Below are positions 8,802-18,464 of a stretch of DNA of 64,000 bases, piece after piece; the stretch's first letter is position 1, and every line of letters begins with the position of its first letter. The position numbers and the translations under genes were made by a program. Under the pieces are notes generated by a model. The model was not told the origin of the DNA. It saw only the letters and a program-made list of their open reading frames with translations, and made no database searches. The DNA is from Thermoanaerobaculia bacterium. GTDB taxonomy: Bacteria > Acidobacteriota > Thermoanaerobaculia > UBA5066. The stretch covers positions 2,048,001-2,112,000 of the forward strand of contig CAVRAY010000001.1 in NCBI GenBank assembly GCA_963719225.1. The letters are read 5' to 3'.

Positions 8802-11204
8802 CTAGAGCAGGTTTTGCGGGTCGATGTCGAGGCGCGGGGGATCCGGAAGCGCGGCGAGGAGGTGGCCGGCCTCCGCGATCGCCTCGCGGCGCTCGGCCTT
8901 GACGAGGAGGTGATAGCGCCAGAGGCCTTTCAACCTTTCGAGCGGCGCGGGCGCGGGGCCGAGAATGCGGATCTCCCGCGCGATCTCCGCCGACGCGAGC
9001 GCCTTGAATGCCGCTCCCGCGGAGGCGTGCGCTTTCGGAAGCTCGAGGTGGGCGAAGAGCGCGAGGAGGAGGTGCGTGTAAGGCGGATACCGGAACGCCT
9101 TGCGGAACCGCAGCTCCGCGTCCGCGAAGGCCGGATGGTCCTGGCTCACGGCGGCGCGGATCGCTTCGTGGTCGGGCCGGGCCGTCTGGACGGCAACGGT
9201 GCCCGGCCGATCGCCGCGGCCGACGCGTCCCGCGGCCTGTGTCACGAGCTGGAACGTCCGTTCCGCGGCGCGGAAGTCGGGAAACGAGAGGAGCGCGTCG
9301 GCGTCCAGCACCGCGAGGGCCGTCGCTTTCGGGAAGTCATGCCCCTTGGCGACCATCTGCGTGCCGAGAAGCGCCTGGGAGCGCCCGGCCTCGAAGTCCA
9401 GGAGGACGCCCGCGGCACCGCCGCGACGGGCCGCCGCGTCCCGGTCGAGGACCGCGTATGGAACTCCCGGGAAGCGCTCCTCGAAACGTTCGGCCAGGCG
9501 CTCCGTCCCGAAGCCGATCGGCATGAGGACTCCCGACCCGCACGAGGGGCACGCGGCGGGCCGCCGGATGTCGTCCCCGCAGTAGTGACACAGGAGCCTC
9601 TCGTGGCGCCGATGATAGGTGCGCGCCACCGAGCAGTTCGCGCAGCGGAAATCCTCGCCGCACGCGCGGCAGAGGAGGCTCGGAGAAAACCCCCGGCGGT
9701 TCAGGAGAAGGATCGCCTGCTCTCCCCTCTCGAAGCATTCCGAGAGGATCTCCGCCGTGCGCGAGGCGAAGAGGATCCGCCCGTGATCGCCCTCGCGCGG
9801 GCTTTCCTTGCGCAGATCGACGACCTCCACCGTCGCACGCGGACGCGCTCCCGGCCTCTCCGGCAGCGCGAGGCGCGGCAGACGGCCTTCCCGCGCGGCG
9901 CGTTCCAGCTCCATCGACGGGGTTGCCGATCCGAACACGAGGGTGGCGCCTTCCTCGTGCGCGCGCACCCGAGCCACGGCGCGCGCGTCGTAGCGCGGGG
10001 ACTCGCCCTGCTTGTAGGCGGAATCGTGCGCCTCGTCGAGAACGATCAGGCCGAGCTCCGGCAGAGGCGCAAAGACCGCCGAGCGCGGCCCCACGACCGC
10101 GTCCACGTCTCCCCGGCGGGCGCGTTCCCATTCCGCCGCGCGCTCGCCGTCGGACAGCCCGCTGTGCAGCAGGGAGACCCGGTCGCCGAAGCGACCCACG
10201 AGCCGTCGTACGAGCGCCGGCGCGAGGGCGATCTCCGGCACGAGCAGCATCCCGCGCCGGCCCGCCTCGCGGGCGGCCTCCAGCGCGGCGAGGTACACCT
10301 CGGTCTTGCCGCTCCCCGTCACGCCGTCGAGAAGAAACTCCCTCGAGACTCCGTCGCGGACGCCAGCGGAAATCGCGTCGATCGCCGCGCGCTGCGCCGC
10401 CGTGGGAACCGGCCTCTTGTCGCCGGAGAACGCGCCGACGTGCCGCGCGAGGTCCGTGCGCCGCTCGATCTCGACGGCCGAAACGAGTCCCGCCTTCGCG
10501 AGGGCCGCGAGAACGGCGGGCGAGCCCCCGGCGGCGCGAAGCTCCTCGGTCGACGCGGGTCGACCGAGCGCGAGGAGGTGCGCGTGCAGGGCGCGCCGTT
10601 TCGCCGAGCGTTGGAGCGCGGGATGGCCGTCCGGAACCGGCCGCGCGACCCAGGCCCGATCCGAGGGAGCAGCTGCGGCGCGCAGGTTTTCGGAACGGAT
10701 CCGCACGAGTCCGTCGGCGACGAGCTGCTTGAGAGCCGAAGCGAGACCCCTTCGCCCGGCCCCCGCCGCGAGCTCCGGAAGGCGGGCCTCGCCCATTTCG
10801 AGAAGCGTGCCGAGGATCTTCCCCTCGACGCCGTCCGCCGGCGCACCGACGGCCCGAGAGGTGGGAACGTAGACCGCTTCGGACGCGGCGAGGAGGCGCG
10901 CGGGAACCGCGGATCGGAGGATCTCTCCCGGCGGCACGAGGTAATACGCGGCGGCGCGCACGAGAACGCTCACGAGGCGCTCCGGGAGAAAAGGCGCGTC
11001 GTCGAGCGCCGCCACGACGTCACGTTCCAGCGTGCCCTCGGGAGCGGGGGGAGGGTCCAGCGCGGCCACGAGACCCGTCGCGAGGGCGCTCCCGAACGGC
11101 GCCGCGACGCGCGCTCCCGGTACGAGGACGCCGACGTCCTCCGGCACCCGGTAGGTCGGCAAGCCCGGGAACCGGTTGGGAAGGAGAAGCGCGACGCGCG
11201 TCAG
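8802..11204 (-). CDS. priA: Primosomal protein N' (replication restart helicase)
   Basis: GVTGSGKTEVY, LVPEIAL, DEAH, SATPS, LNRRGF, four CxxC pairs, GTQMVAKGHDF, GPAPAP. Start uncertain: CTG 11204 proposed, first canonical codon is TTG 11162. Confidence 0.96.
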   Translation of the reverse strand: MTRVALLLPNRFPGLPTYRVPEDVGVLVPGARVAAPFGSALATGLVAALDPPPAPEGTLERDVVAALDDAPFLPERLVSVLVRAAAYYLVPPGEILRSAVPARLLAASEAVYVPTSRAVGAPADGVEGKILGTLLEMGEARLPELAAGAGRRGLASALKQLVADGLVRIRSENLRAAAAPSDRAWVARPVPDGHPALQRSAKRRALHAHLLALGRPASTEELRAAGGSPAVLAALAKAGLVSAVEIERRTDLARHVGAFSGDKRPVPTAAQRAAIDAISAGVRDGVSREFLLDGVTGSGKTEVYLAALEAAREAGRRGMLLVPEIALAPALVRRLVGRFGDRVSLLHSGLSDGERAAEWERARRGDVDAVVGPRSAVFAPLPELGLIVLDEAHDSAYKQGESPRYDARAVARVRAHEEGATLVFGSATPSMELERAAREGRLPRLALPERPGARPRATVEVVDLRKESPREGDHGRILFASRTAEILSECFERGEQAILLLNRRGFSPSLLCRACGEDFRCANCSVARTYHRRHERLLCHYCGDDIRRPAACPSCGSGVLMPIGFGTERLAERFEERFPGVPYAVLDRDAAARRGGAAGVLLDFEAGRSQALLGTQMVAKGHDFPKATALAVLDADALLSFPDFRAAERTFQLVTQAAGRVGRGDRPGTVAVQTARPDHEAIRAAVSQDHPAFADAELRFRKAFRYPPYTHLLLALFAHLELPKAHASAGAAFKALASAEIAREIRILGPAPAPLERLKGLWRYHLLVKAERREAIAEAGHLLAALPDPPRLDIDPQNLL

Positions 11205-11851
11205 ACGCGCGTCCTCGGTTTCTGGTCGGGCGTCTCGTCGGGCGCGTCCTCGTCGACCTGGGTTCGCCGGGACACGTCGTCGGCGTCGACGAAGCGCTTT
11301 TCTCCGGGCTCCCAGCGCCAGCGGCGCGTCGGATCGAGCGCGAGGTCGGGCGTCACGATGAGGAGCGAGCGCTCGATCGAAAGGTCGCCGGCGGCGAGAG
11401 AAACCGCCCGCTCGACCCAGAGAGGCTTCTGAAAAGTCCCCTCCCCGGTCCCGAAGAAAACGGCCACGTGGAACCAGACGCCGGTCGAACCCTTCTCCAC
11501 GAACGCCTGCGCGAAGTCCAGCCGTCCATCGCCGTCCAGGTCGCCGCGGACGAAGAAGGGGTGATAGCTGCCGTAGACATCCTCGAGGTCGCGGTGCTCG
11601 TCGGATTCCACCGCATCGCCGTCTTCGGCGGCGCGCAGAACCAGTCCCGACTTCCGGAAGGCGGCGAGAGCTTCCTCGATGGCGACCTTCTCGCCCTTCG
11701 TCCGGCCCGAGGCGTCGAGCCCGCGCGTGTCCGGCACGGGCGGCGCCGCCCGCGCGGGCCTGGGCACACGCCTCGTGAGCACGACGGCTGCCGCGACGAT
11801 CGCGGCGGCACCCACGAAGACGAAGAGGACCTGGCGGGGGCGAGCGCTCAC
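11201..11851 (-). CDS. Membrane-anchored hypothetical protein with one FG-GAP/Ca-binding-like loop
   Basis: GTG overlapping the udg stop; TM segment VLFVFVGAAAIVAAAVVL; RGDLDGDGRLDFA. Confidence 0.65.
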   Translation of the reverse strand: MSARPRQVLFVFVGAAAIVAAAVVLTRRVPRPARAAPPVPDTRGLDASGRTKGEKVAIEEALAAFRKSGLVLRAAEDGDAVESDEHRDLEDVYGSYHPFFVRGDLDGDGRLDFAQAFVEKGSTGVWFHVAVFFGTGEGTFQKPLWVERAVSLAAGDLSIERSLLIVTPDLALDPTRRWRWEPGEKRFVDADDVSRRTQVDEDAPDETPDQKPRTRV

Positions 11852-12708
11852 TTCTCTTTTCCTTTGCGGGTCGGGGGCTCGATTCCGAGCCTCGCGAGGA
11901 CGGCGAGGAGATCCTCCCACGCCTCTTTCTTCTGGGCAGGCTGCCGGAGGAGGAACGACGGATGGAAGGTCGGCATCACCGGGATCCCCCGGTAGCTCCC
12001 CCACTTCCCGCGCAACCGCATGATCCCCTCATCCGTCTCGAGGAGAAACTGCGCGGCGAACTTTCCGAGCGCGACGATCACCTCGGGCTTCACGAGGTCG
12101 ATCTGCTTCTCGAGATACCCTCGGCAGGACGCGATCTCGTCGGGCTCCGGATTACGGTTGTCGGGCGGCCGGCACTTCAGCACGTTCGCGATGTAGACGG
12201 ACGAGCGCGGCAGCCCCATGCCGTCCTCGATCATCTTCGTCAGGAGCTGTCCGGCGCGGCCCACGAACGGTACGCCCTGGGCGTCCTCGTCGGCGCCGGG
12301 CGCCTCCCCGATGAACATGATCCGGGCGTCGGGGGAACCGTCGGCGAAGACAGTCTGCTTGCGGGTCTTGCAGAGGCGGCACGTGACGCAGGAAGAGACG
12401 ACCCTTGCTAAAGACTGCAGCTCCAAGGCCGGCGCGCTTCGAGCGGCCGGCGAGTCGACGGGATCCAGGGAATTTTCTTCGAAGGTGAATAGGGGCGGCG
12501 GTTCAGGCTGGGCCGCCCCTGCGGATCCTGCCGCGGCGTTGCCGCCCGCCCTATTCCCTTTCAAAGAAATCTCTCTCTTCTCGTGCTCTTCGGACGCAGC
12601 AGGACCCAAAGATGGCGTCAGGTACAGCTCCGCCACTCCCAGGTCTCTGTAATACGCCAGGGTTTCCCTGAGCGCGTCGAAGCCGGGGCCGGGCCGCGCG
12701 GGGGTCAC
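11848..12708 (-). CDS. udg: Uracil-DNA glycosylase family 4 (Fe-S)
   Basis: CxxC(RL)[37 protein letters not shown]; low-complexity N-terminal linker. Confidence 0.93.
   Translation of the reverse strand: MTPARPGPGFDALRETLAYYRDLGVAELYLTPSLGPAASEEHEKREISLKGNRAGGNAAAGSAGAAQPEPPPLFTFEENSLDPVDSPAARSAPALELQSLARVVSSCVTCRLCKTRKQTVFADGSPDARIMFIGEAPGADEDAQGVPFVGRAGQLLTKMIEDGMGLPRSSVYIANVLKCRPPDNRNPEPDEIASCRGYLEKQIDLVKPEVIVALGKFAAQFLLETDEGIMRLRGKWGSYRGIPVMPTFHPSFLLRQPAQKKEAWEDLLAVLARLGIEPPTRKGKEK
12469..12582. repeat. Dispersed motif, head-to-head pair inside udg
   Basis: + GGAATT-TTC-TTC-GAA-GGTGAATAGG (centre 12479); - GAGAT-TTC-TTT-GAA-AGGGAATAGG (centre 12564). Confidence 0.72.
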
Positions 12709-12715
12709 CCGGAGA

Positions 12716-12946
12716 TCACTCGGTCGGGAGCAGGTCGACGGCCGGGGTCTCTTCCACGACCGGTTCAGGCGAGGCGAGCTGCCAGCGTACGAGGTCTGCG
12801 TTCACTTCCTCGAGCGCGATGCGCGTGACCTTCGCGTGCTTGCTCTCGATCTTCGGGCGCGCGCCCTGGACGAGCTGCTCGGCGCGCCGGGCAGCGATGT
12901 GAACGAGGCGGAACTTCGACTCGACGTTCGGCGGAAGCTGCGACAT
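12716..12946 (-). CDS. rpoZ: RNA polymerase omega subunit
   Basis: MSQLPPNVESKFRLVHIAARRAEQL...KVTRIALEE; downstream of gmk. Confidence 0.92.
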   Translation of the reverse strand: MSQLPPNVESKFRLVHIAARRAEQLVQGARPKIESKHAKVTRIALEEVNADLVRWQLASPEPVVEETPAVDLLPTE

Positions 12947-12969
12947 GAAGAGAATGTCCTCCGTGAGAT

Positions 12970-13593
12970 TCAGGGCGCGAAGCTCCTGAGGATCGATTCG
13001 AGGCGCTCGCGCCGGCGGCTTTTTCCCGCCCGCCGCGCCACGAGGATCGAGCGAAGCTCGTCCACCGCGGCCTCCAGATCCTCGTTGATTATCGCATAGT
13101 CGAACTCGCCCCACTCCTCCATCTCCTTGCGGGCCGCCGCGAGGCGCCGCTGGACGACTTCCGGAGCGTCGGAGGCCCGTGCTCGGAGGCGCGCCTCCAG
13201 GACCTCGCGAGACGGCGGGAAGACGATCACCTTCACCGCGTCCGGCACGTGAGAGCGCACCTGGCGCGCTCCCTGGACGTCGATGTCGAGGAGGACATCG
13301 AGGCCCTTTTCGAGGCGCGGCTCGACTTCCGCCCGCGAGGTGCCGTAGAGATTCCCGTGGACGACCGCCCACTCGAGGAACCCGGCGCGTTCCTCGATCG
13401 CCCGAAAAGCGGCCTGGTCGACGAAGTAATACTCGACCCCGTTGCGCTCGCCCGCACGGGGCGGTCGGGTCGTATGCGAGACGGAAAAGTGCAAGGTCCC
13501 GCCGATGCGCGGATCTTCGAGCACGCGGCGGATGAGCGTCGTCTTGCCCGCTCCCGAGGGCGAGGAGACGATGAAGAGGTCGCCGCGGCTCAT
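12970..13593 (-). CDS. gmk: Guanylate kinase
   Basis: SPSGAGKTT, SVSHTTRPPRAGERNGVEYYFV, YGTS, DIDVQGA. Confidence 0.97.
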   Translation of the reverse strand: MSRGDLFIVSSPSGAGKTTLIRRVLEDPRIGGTLHFSVSHTTRPPRAGERNGVEYYFVDQAAFRAIEERAGFLEWAVVHGNLYGTSRAEVEPRLEKGLDVLLDIDVQGARQVRSHVPDAVKVIVFPPSREVLEARLRARASDAPEVVQRRLAAARKEMEEWGEFDYAIINEDLEAAVDELRSILVARRAGKSRRRERLESILRSFAP

Positions 13594-13603
13594 CGCGTTC
13601 CTC

Positions 13604-14485
13604 TCATTCGACGTTCTGCACCTGTTCCTTGAAGGTCTCGAGATCCGACTTCAGGTCGAGGACGAGCTTCGTGGCGCCGACCTCGCGCACCTTCGCCCCG
13701 GACGTGTTCACCTCGCGGTGGAGCTCCTGCGCCAGGTGGTCGAGGCGACGCCCCACGGGTCCCGGCGACGCGAGCAGGCGCCGCACCTCCGCGACGTGTG
13801 TCTTTAGACGATCGATCTCCTCGGTGATGTCGGCGCGGTCGGCGAGCTGCGCCACCTCCTGCGCCAGGCGGGCTTCATCGAGCGGCACCCCGGCGGCGAG
13901 CTTCGCGACGCGCTCGGCGAGGTTCCTTTGAATACGTTCCGAGATGCCGACTCGTTCCGCGTCGAGTCGGGTCACTCCGGCCTCGATCCTCTTGAGGATT
14001 TCTTCGAAGGTAAGAGAAAGAGCCGCGCCTTCGCGAGCGCGGGTCGAGTCGAAGTCGGCGAGTGCCTTTTCGACCAGAGAAACGAGGATTTCTTCGAAGG
14101 TGTCCTCGCCCGGCGCGGCCTCTTCCTGCCGGACGACGCCCGGCAGACTGAGGAGGTCGCGCGCCGAGAGCTCACCGGGCAAGCCTCGATTCGAAGAATC
14201 TTCTCTCCACGCCTTCGCGTATTGCTCCGCCGCCGCCATGTCGAGTCGGGCCGCCGGCCCCGCCCCGCCTGCGGGACGCGTCGTTCGTATCAGGATGTCG
14301 ATGTGGCCCCTTTGCGCGACCTTCGCGACCGCCTTGCGGATCGCGGACTCAGCCGAGGCGTATTCGTCGCGCAGCTTCACCGAGACGTCCAGGAAACGGT
14401 GGTTCACGCCGCGGGCCACGACGTTCGCTTCCGTGCCGTCCGGCAGAGTCCCGGCCGCCCGGCCGAATCCGGTCATGGACTTCAT
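13604..14485 (-). CDS. yicC: YicC/YloC family endoribonuclease
   Basis: MKSMTGFG, VNHRFLD, DITEEIDRL, GRRLD, QELHREVNT, EQVQNVE; yicC-gmk-rpoZ synteny. Confidence 0.95.
   Translation of the reverse strand: MKSMTGFGRAAGTLPDGTEANVVARGVNHRFLDVSVKLRDEYASAESAIRKAVAKVAQRGHIDILIRTTRPAGGAGPAARLDMAAAEQYAKAWREDSSNRGLPGELSARDLLSLPGVVRQEEAAPGEDTFEEILVSLVEKALADFDSTRAREGAALSLTFEEILKRIEAGVTRLDAERVGISERIQRNLAERVAKLAAGVPLDEARLAQEVAQLADRADITEEIDRLKTHVAEVRRLLASPGPVGRRLDHLAQELHREVNTSGAKVREVGATKLVLDLKSDLETFKEQVQNVE
13994..14208. repeat. Dispersed motif, three copies inside yicC
   Basis: GAGGATTTCTTCGAAGGT twice (centres 14004, 14094) plus minus-strand GAGAAGA-TTC-TTC-GAA (14194). Confidence 0.72.
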
Positions 14486-16383
14486 CCCTTGCTCCCCGCC
14501 ACCGCGGCTTCGCGCGCCGGCTCGAAGACCTGCAGGTCGTGGAGGCGACGATACAACCCTCCGGCCGCGAGGAGGTCGGCGTGGCGGCCGCGCTCCACGA
14601 TCCGGCCCTCGTCGAGTACGACGAGCTGGTCGGCCCGGCGCACCGTCGAGAGCCGGTGCGCGATGACGAGGACCGTGCGGCCGGCCATGAGGCGTTCGAG
14701 AGCCTCCTGGACCGCGCGCTCGCTCTCGGCGTCGAGCGCCGACGTGGCTTCATCGAGGACGAGGATCGGCGGATCCTTGAGAAGCGCCCGTGCGATCGCG
14801 AGCCGCTGGCGCTGGCCGCCGGACAGGCGCGTTCCCCCCTCTCCGATCCGCGAATCGAGACCGCCGGGAAGGGCGTCCACGAACGCGAGAGCGTTCGCGG
14901 CGGCGAGAGCGTCACGGACCTCCGCGTCGGGCGCGTCCGGACGGCCGTAGGCGACGTTGCGCCGCACGGTCTCGTCGAAGAGGACGACGTCCTGCGTCAC
15001 GAGGCCGATGTGGGCGCGGAGTGAAGCGAGCGTCACGTCGCGAAGATCGATCCCGTCGAGGGTGACGCGGCCGGCCGTCGGGTCCATGAAGCGCGGGAGA
15101 AGCGCGGCGAGCGTCGACTTCCCGGCGCCGGAGGGTCCGACGAGCGCGGTGACCGAACCGCGGTGGAGCGCGAGATCCACCCCGTCGAGGACTTTCTCGC
15201 CGCCGCCGTAGGCGAAGGAAACGCCCTCGAAGAGGATCTCACGCGAAAAACCCGTAACCGGCGTTGCGTGCGGGCGGTCGACGACGTCGTTCGGGGCGTC
15301 GAGCACCTCGAAGAGCCGGCGGGCGGACGCGAGAGCCTGCTGGAGCGCGAGATTCGTGCGCGTGGCGCGCTTGAAAGGCTGGTACATCATCGCGAGCCCG
15401 ACGCCGTACGAGATGAACGTGCCGAGCGTCATCTTGCCCGCCGCGATCCGCGCGCTCGCATAGCCGAGGAGGAGGAGGAACGCGAGGACGGAAGCGGTTT
15501 CGACGAGGGGCGACGAGAACGCCATGACGCGCGCCCCCTTGCGCGCGAGGCGGAACGTGCGCTCGTTCACCTCGGAGAAGCGCTCGCTCTCCCACGTCTC
15601 GGCTCCGTACGCCTGGACGACGCGCGCCCCCCGGATCGTCTCGGACAGGACGCCCGTGAGATCGCCCATCCGCTCGCGCGCCGATCGCGAGAGGAAACGG
15701 AGCCGCTTCGCGATGAGGACGACCGGTACGATGATCGCGGGCGTGATGAGGAGCGCCACGAGCGTGAGCTGGGGCGAGAGCGAAACCACCACGAAGAGAA
15801 GGACGGCGAGCGTCGCGAGCGACTGCACGAGATCCGCGAGGTCGGTCCCGAAGAGGTTCTGGACCCGGTCGACGTCGCCCGTCACGCGCGCGATGAGGTC
15901 GCCCGAGGGGTGGCGCGCGAAGAAGGCTCCCGACTGGCCGAGGACTCCTTCGTAGAGCGTCTTTCTCAGATCCCGCACGAACGCGAGGCCGACGGCGTTG
16001 AACCGGTATTCGGCGACGAAGGCGCAGAGATTCTTCAGGACGAACGCGGCGAGGAGGAGAAGCGGCAGGACGAACGCGCGTGTCTGTTCGGTGACGCCCA
16101 GCGCTCTTTCGAGCGAGGCGAGACCCGAGTCGAGAGCCTTCGCGACCGCCGTCCGTCTCACGACGGACTTCTCGCCGACCACGGTCCCGAGACCAGGCGC
16201 GGAGCCGGAATGGGCCAGGACGGCGCTCCGCGCTTCGGGCGTGAGGACCTGATCGAAGAGCGGACCGAAAAGATACGTCACGAGGCCCGTGAAGACGGCG
16301 ACCCCGAGCATGGCGAGAACCGCGGCGAGGGCCGCCGACCGGTGCGGCCGGAAGAGGTGGAGGAGGCGCCGGAAATCGCTCAC
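14482..16383 (-). CDS. msbA: MsbA-like lipid A ABC exporter (TMD plus NBD)
   Basis: Multi-TM domain then GPSGAGKS, LSGGQRQR, LDEATSALD, IAHRLST; downstream of lpxB; GTG start at 16383. Confidence 0.85.
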   Translation of the reverse strand: MSDFRRLLHLFRPHRSAALAAVLAMLGVAVFTGLVTYLFGPLFDQVLTPEARSAVLAHSGSAPGLGTVVGEKSVVRRTAVAKALDSGLASLERALGVTEQTRAFVLPLLLLAAFVLKNLCAFVAEYRFNAVGLAFVRDLRKTLYEGVLGQSGAFFARHPSGDLIARVTGDVDRVQNLFGTDLADLVQSLATLAVLLFVVVSLSPQLTLVALLITPAIIVPVVLIAKRLRFLSRSARERMGDLTGVLSETIRGARVVQAYGAETWESERFSEVNERTFRLARKGARVMAFSSPLVETASVLAFLLLLGYASARIAAGKMTLGTFISYGVGLAMMYQPFKRATRTNLALQQALASARRLFEVLDAPNDVVDRPHATPVTGFSREILFEGVSFAYGGGEKVLDGVDLALHRGSVTALVGPSGAGKSTLAALLPRFMDPTAGRVTLDGIDLRDVTLASLRAHIGLVTQDVVLFDETVRRNVAYGRPDAPDAEVRDALAAANALAFVDALPGGLDSRIGEGGTRLSGGQRQRLAIARALLKDPPILVLDEATSALDAESERAVQEALERLMAGRTVLVIAHRLSTVRRADQLVVLDEGRIVERGRHADLLAAGGLYRRLHDLQVFEPAREAAVAGSKG

Positions 16384-17537
16384 GCGCGGCTCTCCGGGAC
16401 GGCCGCCGCGAGAGCCGCCAGAAGAGCGTCCGCCGTGCGGCCCGGCGCGCCGGGCGGACCGAGGTCGGCCGCGCCGCGGGCGAGCTTCGCACGCGTCGCC
16501 GCCGCGAGCGCGGGGTCCTGGAGGAACCGGGCGGCCTCCCGCGCGACGTTCTCTGGCGTCGCGTTGCCCTGGAGGAGCTCCGGGACCGTGCGCGCGCCGG
16601 TGCCGTCGTCCGAGACGATGTTCGCCATTGCGACGTGGGCGACCTTCACGAGCCGCTTGCCGATCCAGAAGCTCACGGGATGGATCTTGTAGACGACGAC
16701 CATCGGGACCCGGGCGAGGAGTCCCTCGATCGTCGCGGTTCCCGACGCGACGAGGAGGACGTCCGAGGAGGCGAGGAGTGCCAGGTGCTCGCCGCACACG
16801 ACGCGCCACGCCGCCAGCGACTCTCCAACGAATTCCTCGAAGAGCGCCCGCGGGATCGAGTCGGCCTGGACGAGAACGACCTCGAGGTCCGGCCATTTCT
16901 TTCTAAGAATCTCGACGGCGTCACGAAGCACCGGGAGGACGGATTCGACTTCGCCCTTCCGCGAGCCCGGCATGAGGACCAGCCGATGGACCCCGGGCGG
17001 GGGCGGCGCGGCGGGGCGCGCGAGCTCGCGCGCCGCCGCCTCCACGAGGGGATGCCCGACCCACGTGACGCGCGCGCCGAGGCCGCGCGCGTCGTACCAC
17101 CTCTTCTCGAACCCGAAGAGCACGAGGACGGCGCGACCGATCCGCGCGATCGTCTTCGCGCGCCGACTCCGCCACGCCCAGACCTGGGGCGAGACGTAGA
17201 AGACGACGGGAATCCCGGCGCGAAAGAGCCTCTTCGCGAGCGGGAGGTTGAAGTCGGGCGAGTCGATGAGGACGGCGGCGTCCGCCTTCTGCCTCACGGC
17301 CTCGGCGGCGAGCGAGGCGATGAGCCTCCGGGCGAAACGCAGCTTGGCGATCGCCTCGACGAGTCCCACGACCGCGAGGTCCTTCTGGTGCGCGAGAAGG
17401 CGCATGCCGGCGAGCCGGCAGCCTTCGCCGCCGATGCCGAACGTCTCGAGCACTGCGACACGCGCGCCGAGGGCCGAAAGCAGCGCGCTCGCATGCTGGT
17501 CGCCCGAGACCTCTCCCGCCACGACGAGGAGTCTCAA
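16380..17537 (-). CDS. lpxB: Lipid-A-disaccharide synthase
   Basis: AGEVSGD, IDSPDFN, YVSPQVWAWR, VGHPL, PGSR, ASGTAT, PELLQ. Confidence 0.96.
   Translation of the reverse strand: MRLLVVAGEVSGDQHASALLSALGARVAVLETFGIGGEGCRLAGMRLLAHQKDLAVVGLVEAIAKLRFARRLIASLAAEAVRQKADAAVLIDSPDFNLPLAKRLFRAGIPVVFYVSPQVWAWRSRRAKTIARIGRAVLVLFGFEKRWYDARGLGARVTWVGHPLVEAAARELARPAAPPPPGVHRLVLMPGSRKGEVESVLPVLRDAVEILRKKWPDLEVVLVQADSIPRALFEEFVGESLAAWRVVCGEHLALLASSDVLLVASGTATIEGLLARVPMVVVYKIHPVSFWIGKRLVKVAHVAMANIVSDDGTGARTVPELLQGNATPENVAREAARFLQDPALAAATRAKLARGAADLGPPGAPGRTADALLAALAAAVPESRA
16830..16913. repeat. Dispersed motif, head-to-head pair inside lpxB
   Basis: + GAA-TTC-CTC-GAA-GAG (16837); - GAGA-TTC-TTA-GAA-AGAAA (16905). 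Confidence 0.5.
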
Positions 17538-17713
17538 CGCAGGACCGCCTCGAAGACGAAGCCGAGCGCCACGGCGCTTCCCACGAGCCCGAGGAGGGCC
17601 TTCAGGAAGAAGCGGCGCCCTTCACCGGGATCGTCCTTCCAGAGGAGCGCGAAGAACGCGGCCAGGAAGGCCGAGAGGAGAACGAGGAGCGGGAAGTGAT
17701 CGGTGAGGATCAT
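17534..17713 (-). CDS. Small two-TM membrane protein, 59 aa
   Basis: MILTDHFPLLVLLSAFLAAFFALLWKD...; 4-nt overlaps at both ends indicate translational coupling. Confidence 0.65.
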   Translation of the reverse strand: MILTDHFPLLVLLSAFLAAFFALLWKDDPGEGRRFFLKALLGLVGSAVALGFVFEAVLR

Positions 17714-17979
17714 GCCCGCCCTCCGGACGCGCGGAGAAAAGCGTCGAGGACGAGGAGGATCTGCATGATCGCCGCCACGAGGAGATACGTCCGCCCGTAT
17801 TCGCACGTCGCGGAGGAAAGGTTCCAGGGCTCGAGCGAGAACCCGATCACGGCGGTCGCGAGGACGAGCGCCAGGAACGCAACTCCGCGGAGGCGACGGC
17901 CGAGCAGGTAATGACCGGAACCTGGAACGACGGCGGATGCGAGCACGAGGAGGGCGAGCTCTCCGCCCGGCCGTTTCAC
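17710..17979 (-). CDS. Small membrane protein (PGxGHxxLG motif, DUF6677-like)
   Basis: VVPGSGHYLLGRRLRG...EYGRTYLLVAAIMQILLVLDA; coupled GTGA/ATGA overlaps. Confidence 0.65.
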   Translation of the reverse strand: MKRPGGELALLVLASAVVPGSGHYLLGRRLRGVAFLALVLATAVIGFSLEPWNLSSATCEYGRTYLLVAAIMQILLVLDAFLRASGGRA

Positions 17980-18464
17980 GAGCGGCGGGCGAACGCGCCG
18001 GCGAGCTTCTCCCGCGTGAAGGGGAGCTCCTCGGGAATCGTCCGCGTGCCGCCGACGACCGTGATGAAGTTCGTGTCCCCCTCCCAGCGCGGCACGACGT
18101 GCAGATGAGCGTGATCGACGACTCCCGCGCCCGCGCTGCGACCGATGTTGAGGCCGTGATTGAACCCGTGCGGCCGGTAGGCCTCGGTCAGGACCTCTTC
18201 CGCGGTCGCGGCGAGATCGATGAGCTCGCGGCGCTCCGTATCGGACATCGCGGACAGAGAGCCGCGATGCGCGTAGGGCGCGAGCATGAGATGCCCGTTC
18301 GTGTAGGGATACCGGTTCAGCGCGGCGAACACCGACGCTCCCCTGTGGACGACGAGGCCGTCCTCGTCGCGTCGGCCCGCCAGAACGCAGAAGAGACATC
18401 CCGTGACGATGTCGCCCTCGCCGGCGAGGTACGCCGCGCGCCACGGCGTGTACAGGCTCTCCAT
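17976..18464 (-). CDS. HIT-family hydrolase (Ap4A phosphorylase-like)
   Basis: LYTPWR, CLFC, NRYPYTNGH, HAHLHVVPRW. Confidence 0.92.
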   Translation of the reverse strand: MESLYTPWRAAYLAGEGDIVTGCLFCVLAGRRDEDGLVVHRGASVFAALNRYPYTNGHLMLAPYAHRGSLSAMSDTERRELIDLAATAEEVLTEAYRPHGFNHGLNIGRSAGAGVVDHAHLHVVPRWEGDTNFITVVGGTRTIPEELPFTREKLAGAFARRS

